Shown here: positions 13,401-24,200 of the stretch, piece by piece
How the letters are laid out: every line of letters starts with the position of its first letter
Position numbering within the stretch: position 1 is the first letter of the stretch
DNA from: Anaeramoeba ignava BMAN
Lineage: Eukaryota > Protista > Anaeramoebae
Reading direction: 5' to 3'
DNA length: 64,000 nt
Assembly: GCA_028826165.1 (NCBI GenBank)
Contig: JAPDFW010000103.1
Span: 806,001 to 870,000 of the forward strand
Position numbers and translations under genes: made by a program
Notes under the pieces: model-generated
What the model was told of the DNA's origin: nothing
Databases searched by the model: none
What the model saw: the letters and a program-made list of their open reading frames with translations, nothing else

Positions 13401-14213
13401 GAAATTGTTTGGTTTGTTTCAAATAAAGTTAAAGAACTTTCTAACTATCAAGGAGACGACGAAGAAACAGAAATCAAACAAGAATTCAAAAGCAAAAAAG
13501 AAGAAAAAAAACGGAGAAATGAATTGAAAAAATTAGAAAAAAAGAAAAAAAAACAAGAAAAAGAAAAATTAAAAAGACTTCGAAATTCTTCTAAAAAAGG
13601 AATTGAACCAGAAAATTTAGCTGAAGATTTCGATATCACAGAAATTTATTTTTCGGATTGGACGGATATAGAAGAATTATCCACACCACCTTCAGTCGAA
13701 CCAAGACCAAAACGATTAGTTCGACCTCAAAAAGATAATATTTTTATCAAACATAATTTGCAATTTCCACCGGAACTAAAATTTTACACAGATGTTCTCT
13801 TAAATCTTTGCGAAATCATCAACACAGCTTTCACACTGAAAATCACGCAGAATATTCACTTGCTAGTTGCGATTCTTTTGAACCGCAAAATGCTTTTTTC
13901 TTTTGAACATCATCCAAGACTTTGGGTTTATATCTCGAATTTGCATAAATTGGCTCGTTTCCTCAACTTTGAACCACCAGAATCAGCAGAAATTTTGAAC
14001 CATGGAATTGAGGAGATGAAAGAAATTATTAAAAAGAAAATTCCCCGTTTTGTTTTTGAGGAAAAAGGTTTCCAAGTTCTTCCTCATACTAAGTTTAAGT
14101 TTTTTGAAACAAATACAAAAGAAAGTTTTTTCTTTATAGAAACATGGAATTCAATCCAAAAATATTCTTCGTTGTATTTGAATCCAAACAAAATTTTGAT
14201 TCTCAGGATTTAA
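10470..14213 (+). CDS. DYM: Dymeclin-family protein (5 exons)
   Basis: Exons 10470-11103, 11412-11792, 12084-12375, 12451-12703, 13194-14213 join in frame. Motifs: N-terminal LTGK..I..ND.QFW.QL, NN..THNF, PLS..AL.LLL.L, LLILSEND.F, WYKETQLKNISIGSL..L, CEIIN....N..L...IL, KFKF.E...FF....W. Confidence 0.82.
11104..11411. repeat. Intronic tandem repeat (AAATTCAATATA)n/(AAAATT)n
   Basis: Fills dymeclin intron 1 starting at the GT donor. Confidence 0.85.
12704..13180. repeat. Intronic pentamer repeat (TTAAT/TTGAT)n
   Basis: Fills dymeclin intron 4. Confidence 0.85.
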
Positions 14214-14389
14214 TCAATAAAACAAAAAAACAAAACAAAAACGAATAAATTTTAATTTTTAATTAAAAAAACAGAAAGAAAAACAACAATTTTTTTTTTA
14301 AAGATAAGATTCTTAATTTTTGTTAAAATTATCTTCATAATGAACTAAAAAAAATTTTTTGATTTGAATTAACAGAAAAACTAATTAAC

Positions 14390-15071
14390 AAAATTTGGAT
14401 TTGAATTTCAATCTGAATTAGAATTTAATTTGAATTTAATTGATTTGAATTTAATTTGAATTAGAATTTAAATTTAATTTGATTTGAATTTGATTTAATT
14501 TTGATTTGAATCTGAATTTGAATTTGAATTTGAATTTTGATTTGAATTTAAATTTAAATTTGAATTGGATTTGATTTTGATTTGAATTTAATTTGATTTG
14601 AATTTGATTTAATTTAATTTGATTAAATTTGAATTAAATTTGAATTGGATTTGATTTGATTTGAATTTAATTTGAATTTGAATTTGAATTTGAATTTAAT
14701 TTGAATTTAAATTTAATTTGATTTGAATTTAATTTGATTTAAATTTGAATTTGATTTAATTTAAATATTTTTGTTGAGATTGAAATTCTTGTTCTAATTT
14801 TGAATTTAAATTTAAATTTGATTAAATTTGAATTAAATTTGAATTGGATTTGATTTGATTTGAATTTAATTTGAATTTGAATTTAATTTGAATTTAAATT
14901 TAATTTGATTTGAATTTGATTAAATTTGATTTGAATCTGAATTTGATTTAATTTATTTGATTTGATTAAATTTGATTTGGATTTTGATTTGATTAAATTT
15001 AATTTAATTTAAATTTGATTTAATTTAATTGGATTTGATTTAATTTGATTTAAATTTGAATTTGATTTAAT
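14390..15071. repeat. Intergenic (TTTGAA/TTTGAT)n satellite containing a copy of the neighbouring gene's 3' end
   Basis: Degenerate 5-6-mer repeats. AAATATTTTTGTTGAGATTGAAATTCTTGTTCTAATTTTGAAT at ~14763-14805 equals ~15079-15121. Confidence 0.8.
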
Positions 15072-15629
15072 TTAATTCAAATATTTTTGTTGAGATTGAA
15101 ATTCTTGTTCTAATTTTGAATATTGATTTGATATTGAACCAAATTTAATATTTTGATTTTCTTTTAATTGTTGTTGTTTTTTTAATTGTTCTTCTAAATA
15201 TTTTCTTTTATTCTCTTCTAATCTTTGAATTGTTTTCTGAAGTTTAAGAACAGATTCAAAAACTGTTTCAGCTTCAGGTAAATTTTTCAAATCTTTTAGA
15301 GTTTTTGAAGAAAATTTTTCATTTTGAGTTTTATTTAATTTTTTAGTTTTTGGTTGTTTTTTTTTCTTTGAAATTAATTTGTTTTCAACTGAAAAAAATA
15401 AAGATTGTTTTAAATCGGAAACTTCTTGTTTTTTTTTTCTTCTTGAATTTTTTTGATTAACAAAATTTGGTGTTAAATTTTCATTTTGAATTTGATTTTG
15501 AATTTGATTTTGATTTTGAATTTGATTTTGATTTTGATTTTGATTTTGATTTTGATTTTGATTTTGATTTTGATTTTTTATATTATTTTTTGTTTTCCTT
15601 CTTCCAAAAAATCTAGCAAGTGATTTCAT
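15072..15629 (-). CDS. Hypothetical 185-aa basic, NQ-repeat/coiled-coil protein
   Basis: Uninterrupted ORF with ATG; TTTTCATTTTTT motif ~25 nt upstream; no recognisable domain. Confidence 0.55.
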   Translation of the reverse strand: MKSLARFFGRRKTKNNIKNQNQNQNQNQNQNQNQNQIQNQNQIQNQIQNENLTPNFVNQKNSRRKKKQEVSDLKQSLFFSVENKLISKKKKQPKTKKLNKTQNEKFSSKTLKDLKNLPEAETVFESVLKLQKTIQRLEENKRKYLEEQLKKQQQLKENQNIKFGSISNQYSKLEQEFQSQQKYLN

Positions 15630-16001
15630 AATAAAATTAATTAAAAAAAAAAATGAAAATTTAAATTAAAAAAAATTAAATTAAAAAAAAGGAAAATCGT
15701 TAAAAAGATTCGTTAAAAAATTAATAATTAAAATTAAAATTAAAATTAATTTAAATTAAAATTAATAATTTAAAAATGATTTGGAATTGATCTAAAAAAT
15801 TTTTTTTAGGGGATTATGATCAATTCAATTACTCAATCTAAAACAAAAAAAAAAAAAGCAAAATTAAATTAAAATAAATTAAATTAATTAAAATAAAAGG
15901 AAAAAAGGGGTTAAAAAAGATTTTTTTTTTAGATCAATAAAAATCATTTTTCTTTTTTTTCATTTACTTTTTTTTTTTTACTTTAATTTTTTAAATTAGA
16001 A

Positions 16002-16909
16002 ATGGCAACTGTTTTAAAACCAGCACCAGATTTTAAAGCTCCAACAGTTTTTAATATGACATTTGAAGATATGACACTCAAAGATTTATATGGAGGCAAA
16101 CAATGGCTTGTTTTCTTTTTTTATCCAGCTGATTTTACAGTAAACACAATTTAAATTAAAAAATCCAAAATAAATTTAAATTAAAAAATTTGTTTATTAG
16201 TTTGTTTGTCCAACTGAATTAATTGCTTTCAGTGATTCAATTGAATTATTCCATAAAATTGATTGTAATGTTGCTGCTTGTTCAACTGATACTGTTTATA
16301 CTCATTTTGCTTGGATTTCTCAACCTCGTAAAGAAGGTGGTCTTGGTGAAATGAAAATTCCTATTGTTGCTGATCATAATTTGAAAATTTCAAAAGATTA
16401 TGGAGTTTTAATTGAAGATGGAACAGCACTTCGGTATATTTTTTAATCTGAAAATTAAAATCAAAATCAAAATTAAAATTAAAATCAAAATCAAAATTAA
16501 AATCAAAATCAAAATTAAAATCAAAATCAAAATCAAAATCAAAATCAAATTCAAAATCAAAATCAAAATTAAAATTAAAATCAAAATTAAAATCAAATTC
16601 AAAATCAAAATTAAAATTAAAATTAAAATTAAAATCAAAATCAAAATCAAAATCAAAATTAAATTTAATTGAATTCATTTTCTTTATTTTAGTGGATTAT
16701 TCATTATTGATCCAAAAGGGATTGTTAGACATATTACAATTAATGATCAACCAATCGGACGTTCAGTTAATGAAACATTAAGAGTTGTTAAAGCACTTCA
16801 ACATTTTGAAAAACATGGAGAAGTTTGTGCTGTAAATTGGCAAGAAGGAGATGATACAATTAAACCAGATCCAATTGGAGCAAAAGAATACTTTAGCAAA
16901 CATAATTAA
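16002..16909 (+). CDS. Typical 2-Cys peroxiredoxin (AhpC/Prx1 family), 3 exons
   Basis: Exons 16002-16139, 16201-16433, 16693-16909 give FFYPADFT|FVCPTE (peroxidatic Cys), GGLG, ALR|[33 protein letters not shown]. Not present in the ORF track. Confidence 0.95.
16450..16670. repeat. Intronic (AAAATC/AAAATT)n hexamer repeat
   Basis: Within peroxiredoxin intron 2 (16434-16692); explains the spurious KIKI/ILIL/DFDF ORFs. Confidence 0.9.
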
Positions 16910-17034
16910 AAATCAAATTCATTTTCATTTTCATTTTCATATTCATTTTCAATTTCATTTTCTTTTTCATTTTCGGAATTCTTTTTCAATTTCCTTTTTT
17001 GGAATTCTTTTTAAAAAATTTAATAAAAGAATTA

Positions 17035-18170
17035 ATTTGAATTAAATCTTGTTCCACTTTTTTTTTTTGAATTAAATTAAATTAAATTAGTTTTGTTTTA
17101 TTAAATTAAATTAAATTAAATTAAATTTGAATTGAATTAAATCTTGTTCCACTTTTTTTTTGAATTAAATTGTTTTATTAAATTAAATTAAATTAAATTA
17201 GTTTTGTTTTATTAAATTAAATTAAATTAAATTGAATCGAATTAAATCTTGTTCCACTTTTTTTTTTGAATTAAATTGTTTTATTAAATTAAATTAAATT
17301 GTTTTATTAAATTAAATTAAATTAAATTAGTTTTGTTTATTAAATTGAATTAAATTGAATTAAATTAAATTAAATTGTTTTATTAAATTAAATTGAATTA
17401 AATTGAATTAAATTAAATTAAATTGTTTTATTAAATTAAATTAAATTAAATTGAATTAATTTGAATTAAATCTTGTTCCACTTTTTTTTTTGAATTAAAT
17501 TGTTTTATTAAATTAAATTAAATTAAATTAAATTGTTTTATTAAATTAAATTAAATTAAATTGTTTTATTAAATTAGTTTTGTTTTATTAAATTGAATTA
17601 AATCGAATTAAATTAGTTTTGTTTTATTAAATTAGTTTTGTTTTATTAAATTAAATTAAATTAATTTGAATTAAATTGTTTTATTAAATTAAATTAAATT
17701 AAATTGTTTTATTAAATTAAATTAAATTAAATTGAATTGTTTTATTAAATTAAATTAAATTAAATTGAATTGAATTAAATCTTGTTCCACTTTTTTTTTT
17801 GAATTAAATTGTTTTATTAAATTAAATTAAATTAAATTAAATTGTTTTATTAAATTAAATTAAATTAAATCGAATTAAATTAGTTTTGTTTTATTAAATT
17901 AAATTAAATTGAATTAAATTGAATTAAATTAAATTGTTTTATTAAATTGAATTAAATTAAATTGTTTTATTAAATTAAATTAAATTAAATTGAATTGAAT
18001 TAAATCTTGTTCCACTTTTTTAATTAAATTAAATTAAATTAAATTAAATTAAATTAAATTGAATTAAATCTTGTTCCACTTTTTTTTTGAATTAAATTGT
18101 TTTATTGAATTAAATTGTTTTTTTGAATTAAATTAGTTTTGTTTAGTTTTGTTTAATTAGTTTTGTTTAA
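17035..18170. repeat. (TTAAA)n satellite with 7 copies of TCTTGTTCCACTTTTTT
   Basis: Copies near 17052, 17147, 17252, 17476, 17785, 18010, 18075 in the 3' flank of peroxiredoxin. Confidence 0.9.
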
Positions 18171-18245
18171 AAAATAAATTTTTTTTTTTCCTTTTTTTTT
18201 TCATTTTTTTTTTTCCGTTTTTTTTTTATTCATTTTTAAAATTAA

Positions 18246-21200
18246 ATGCAAAATAATCAAACTGATAAACAAATCCATTTTTATTTCCATTTCCCAAACA
18301 CACACAAAAAAAATGGGTCAATTTATATTCGTCACAACGAAAAAAGAAAAAAACTTAAAAAAGTTATTTCATTAGAAAACATATATTTTGGGAAGATTCC
18401 AACACCAATTAAAATCAAAGAAGGAAAATTACAATTTCATTTCGATGGAATTCACGAAGAAACAATAAATTTTCCAGTTGCAAATACAGATAAGGAACAC
18501 CTTTATTTTTTCCACATTTTGTCAAATACAAAAACTAACTTGGAAATTGCAACTGATTTTTTGCAAGCTATTCTTCATCATGAAATTTGTCATCATCATT
18601 TTAAAAACACAAACAATCCAGGATTCGAAATGTTTCCATTTACAAGACATTTAAAAAAACCCCAACATAATAAAGAGGATCACAAAGAAAAAGAGCAAAT
18701 TTTTGCCTTCAATTTTTTGCAAAATTCCAAAATTGAATCCTCTTTTCTTAATTTTTGGAACGCTTTTAATAATCTCATAAATTCCACCTTTATAAACGCA
18801 TCAACAAATGAAATTTTTAAAAAGGACATGGAATCAATTAATTCGGTAGAACAAAAAATTGTAAAAGCAAATGGTCTGATTCAAAATACCAAGAATAGCA
18901 AAAAAAAGTTGGAATATCAAAAAAAATTGGAACAACTTGAAACCCAAAAAAACAAAAGAATAAAAAGAATGCAGAAACATAACGACAAAAACAAGATCAT
19001 ACAAGTGGACAAACTAGTGGATAATTTTTTTAAGCGATTATACGATTCAAGCTCGTTGCAGCATCCATATCACTTGGCAGATCTTTTTGTTTGCTATTTG
19101 ATTCTTGGGTTTTGTTCCCAAACTTACTACGATTATATTTTCCAATCAATTATTCTATATCCTCAACGGGTTCAGGATGTCTATAAAATTTTCAAAATTA
19201 TCAACAACAATAAATCAAACGAATTCAAAAAAATCCAAGAAGCATTCGCAACGTTCCAAAAAATAGACTTGACTAATCCTCAATACATCAAATTGCTTCC
19301 CATTTTCTATCAGAATTGGCAAACAAACGATATTTTGAAGCAATTCGATTCTTTTTCTGCAAAGGAAATATTCATTGGAACTTGTTTTCTGTTTCGTAAC
19401 TTCCATCCTGAAGAAATTCCCTTTTTCATACTCAGAGAAGTGATTAAAAAGAATAGCTACAACAAACAGAAAAGTTCTGCTCTTTTCAGACTATTCCAAA
19501 TAAACTTGATTATGGAGCCTTTTGATGAAAACAACCTTCTCTACCATTTATTCGAAAATTTATTTGAGGACATTCTCCTCATTCTCATTGATGGATTCAG
19601 CTTTGACACTTTGGAAAAATGCTTTGATTATTGGAGAATATTCTTTAATAACATAAAATCACTTACTATAAACCCAAATACACAATTAGTAATTATTGAT
19701 AATTCCGAGGATTCAAAGAAAGATATCAATAATTTGATCCAAATCAAATCCCAGAAAAAAAGCAATCTTTTGCAGTTAATAGAGACACAAATCTCCCAAA
19801 ATATTCTCAACCATGATTTTTTGCTTGATAATGATCCAGAAGTTTTATTGGAGGGAATTATCAACACAAAAATTATTGAAAATTCTCAATATTTCCCCCA
19901 ATTTTTATTGAGCAAACTCCTCGAAATTCTAAAAGAGTTATACGCAAAAATCCCCAAAGGAAACATTTTCAAGCATCCCCGTATTATTCATTTGATTCCC
20001 TGTGAACAGGTTCAGATTCCTGCATGGGAACAATTTATTGGCAACAACTTCCCTCAGCAAAACGAAAATTTTCAAATGTTTTTCAAACGCGTTCTCAAAG
20101 ATCATCATAAAGATTTTGTTTTATTGATCTACTGGTTTAAGAACCTAAAACCAGAGAAAGTCACTACACATAAATTCTTCGAGTCGATCAAAAAACTCGA
20201 CCAAGAAATCAAGAAATCTATCCAAAATGTAATTGATTGGAAATCCTCGTTATATGAACTCACTGTTCTACTTGATGAACAATCTTTTTATCTACAAATC
20301 TGGAAGCTGTATACAGATTTACAATTTAGCGAATTTAAGGATAAAATTGGCAGAATACAAAAATTTCTTTCCGTTTTGGAAATGCTGAAAAATAACACCA
20401 AATTTTGCCAAGTTTTCGATGCCTCATTGATTTTCAATTTCCAACAACAATTGGGAGAAGAGAATTCTCCAATAAAAGACTTCGAAAAATCTCTTGAGCA
20501 ATCCAAAATTGATATGCAACTTTTTCTCAGTATAGTCCCTTTATTAGAAAACAACATCTTTCAAAACGAAGTTTGGGATCCATTTCTTAAAGCACACCAA
20601 AAACCCCAAAGAATGGATCTTCAATACTTCCAAAATTTAATCCCACAAATGTTACAAAGATGGAACGAAGTTGTAAATAGAATAGTCAATCGAAAAATCA
20701 CTTTTCAGGAGCTGGAGAAGTATTTTCCTCAATCAAGCAGAACAAAACTCAATCAAAACACAAGCTGAATTCCTGAAAACTTCCTCATCCAACAATATAT
20801 CCCAAAACCAAATACAAAGACTTATTGATTATTCCCAAAAATACTACAACTTAATAAACAAATTTAAAGCAATTCCAGAACCACTTACTTTCTTCTTCTC
20901 TCAGTTCAAATTCAAATCAGATTTTGATAACAAATTCATTAGTGGTTCTTGGAAAATCGACTACAAATTTGAAGATATATCCCTTTTGGAAAAAAATCTG
21001 AACCAAATCGACCAAATCCAAAATCCAACCCAATTTTTCTTTCATCGTTTTTCTGAAGTCAATCCTAATTTCTTGTCTCATTTAGTTCAAATATTCAGAG
21101 ACTATCAAGATGACAAAAAATTTCAGGAATTCCTTGAAATGGCAAATTATGATAACCCAATCACACAAGAACTCAAAAATTTCCGTTCAAGAATGAAAAG

Positions 21201-24200
21201 TTATATTTATCACTCTTCTCCGTTTTCATCCTATAAATCTTTAATTCAAAACATTCTTTCCGCAGAAAAATCTTTCCAACAAAAATCTCAAGATGAAAAA
21301 AATGAAGACATTCCACCTCAAGATTTATCATTTATAATTTCCGAAATTTGGGATTTGTTAAAAAAATCAACCAATACTACTCAAGAAACTCATTTACAAA
21401 ATTTATCCCAAATTTTCGATGCAACAAATGCTGAATTTAAATTCAATTACTTTCCAAATAACAAAACATGTTTTGTATGTCAAATTATTGATAGTAACCA
21501 ATTTAATTTAGAAGATTTTCGGCAATATTATAAGATTACAAGTCAAATTGTGATTGATCAAAATCCTAATCAAAATCAAAATCAGAAATCTAAATCAAAA
21601 TCAGAAATCTAAATCTAAATCTAAATCAAAATCTAAATCTAAATCTAAATCAAAATCTAAATCAAAATCTAAATCTAAATCAAAATCTAAATCAAAATCA
21701 AAATCAAAATCAAAATCAAAATCAAAATCTAAATCAAAATCTAAATCTAAATCTAAATCCAACTCAAAAATCAAAATCAAAATCAAAAAAATCCAAATCT
21801 CAAAATCAAGATCAAAATCAAATCAAAATCAAAATCAAAATCAAATTTAAAAAAAATCAAATTCAAAAGAAAAAAATTCTAAAAGATCTAATTCTAAAAG
21901 ATCAAATTCTAAAAGATCAAATTCTAAAAGATCAAATTCTAAAAGATCTAATTCTAAAAGATCTAATTCTAAAAGATCTAATTCTAAATCAAAATTAAAA
22001 TTAACCCCAATAAATCTATTGCAAATAAACTTTCCATATATTGATAGAATCTCAACAATTTGTTCGAAATTGAAAAAATTAAGATTTATTGAAGCAAAAA
22101 AAAATTATGAAATAATTATCAAATATTCAGCAAATGAAAATTCAAAATTAGAGGAATCTTTACAAAAAAATGAAAAAATGCTTTCTGAGAAAATTATGAA
22201 TTGGAAACAAAATATGATGCAAATATCTCGTAAATATTTTTTAGTTTCAGTATTCTCACAGGAGCAATTCAATAAAATTCTTGAAGAAATGTTCGTTCAA
22301 GAATACACAAACAATAATCCAAAACAAATGGAATTTTTTCTTCGTTCTTTCTTTCCAAATTTGAAAAAAGAACGGATTGATTCATTTAATCAATCAATGA
22401 ATAATTTGAAACCTGACTTTTTAATTGATTTTGCACAAAAAATGGAGCATCACTTTCCAATTCAAGAATCAATTCAAGAAAGAATATTTCCTATTCAATT
22501 GAGTAATGGTGAAATACCAAAAGAAACAGCCGATCAATTCAATAGTATATTCTACAATAACAACACTAAAAAACAGGCTCCTTTGATTCAATTTTATAAG
22601 TTTGTGCAGAAAATCGAAGTTTATGAAGTGGTTACAAGTCTTTATCTAGGATATTGCAATCATTTCCCATTAAAAGAAACTGTTTTAATTTGCGATCCAA
22701 AAAACACAACAAAACAAGATATCGAAAGATATTTTGTTGTTTATCAAATTTACAACCAAACCCAATCTTTGTTGAATATTTTTAATAAATCTCCAGATTT
22801 ACCTCAAATTCCGAAATATTTCTTCTCGATTTTGAATCCTCAGAATTTATCCCAGAAATGCATGAACCAGCTACTTTATCAACTTAAAAGTATGAACAAT
22901 TTCAATAAATTTCCGTTGGTTATTTTCTTTTGCAGTCAAAACGAAACGGAATTTCCTCTTCTTCAACATTTTCCAAACTCACTTATTCAATCCGAAATAC
23001 CTATTTTCGCACAAAAACAAATGGAAGCAGCCTTGAAATCAAAAAACTCCAATTTTTATAATCAAACCACTTTATTCACCTCTCATTTTTCTGGGATGGG
23101 GAAAAGCTTTCAAATTCACAGAGATTTTTATGAAAAAGAAACTAAAACTAACGATATCTTTTATTGCAACATTAAAATCAAAGAAGAAACAACAACAGAA
23201 ATTATTGATAAAATTTACTCCTTTCTGCAAAATATAAATTTCCAAGCAGTATTCAGATATTTGCATATTGAATTACCATATGAACCCAAACAAGAGGTTA
23301 TGGATTATCTTTGGAGCTTAGTAATGTGGAATTCGATAGAAAACAAAAGAAGTTTATGTGATAATCAAATTTGTTTGTTTGACCAAAATTATTATCTTTC
23401 TTTTGAAATTCCAAGTATCAAGAAATCTAAAATGGATAATAGAATAATCAATTTCCCCATGTTGAAATATTTCAATAAATTTAATTGCACTGTGTCTCCA
23501 AATCAATATTCATTCAACAGATATGATACTATGAGTAAAATTCTTATCGATCCCAATGAGGATAAAGATGGCAAAGGTGTGTTTAGATTGATAGAGTTGA
23601 GCAAAAACAATTTTGAAGAACTTACAAAATATATTGATATTCAAAAAAAGAAAGAGGTTATTGCCGCCAATCCAAACCAGGAAGTTTTCAAGACAGTCAA
23701 AAATAAATTATCGCGAAAATTCTCAAATGAAACAATTACTTTCAGATTTATGTCAAATTTCCAGAATATCATGAAATTGCAATTTGATGCTTTATGGAAT
23801 GCAAAAATATTGAATTCAACCTCCATTGCAATTACTTTTGGTGGAGATCGAAACGCTGCAGAGAAAATTGTGCACAAATTTTTTGAATTGTATTTCGATT
23901 CAATGTGTGAAATTATATCTCGTTCATTCAAATGGTGTCCAATCAAAAAACGGAACAAGAAGAAAAAAAAGAAAAAAGATAAAAAAGATAAAAAAGATAA
24001 ACCAAAGGAATTTAGCGAAATAATTTCTTCACGAAAAGATTGGGATCAAAGATCGCTTTATTTTCCAATTTTACTTTCTTTTGGAAATGATGAACAACAA
24101 AAACTGAAAATTAAGATTGTGAGTAATACGGATATTACAAGTAAATTTGAAGAAAAGAGTATAAGAGTGTTGAAAAGTGAAAACGAGGTTTCTTTCTATG

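Noticed and set aside
16361-16678. ORFs encoding (KI)n, (IL)n, (DF)n
   Set aside because: They are translations of the hexamer repeat in peroxiredoxin intron 2.
20715-20735. Programmed +1 frameshift at TTT-C in the RNF213-like gene
   Set aside because: The other breaks differ in direction and share no motif or stimulatory structure; homopolymer indels are the simpler explanation.
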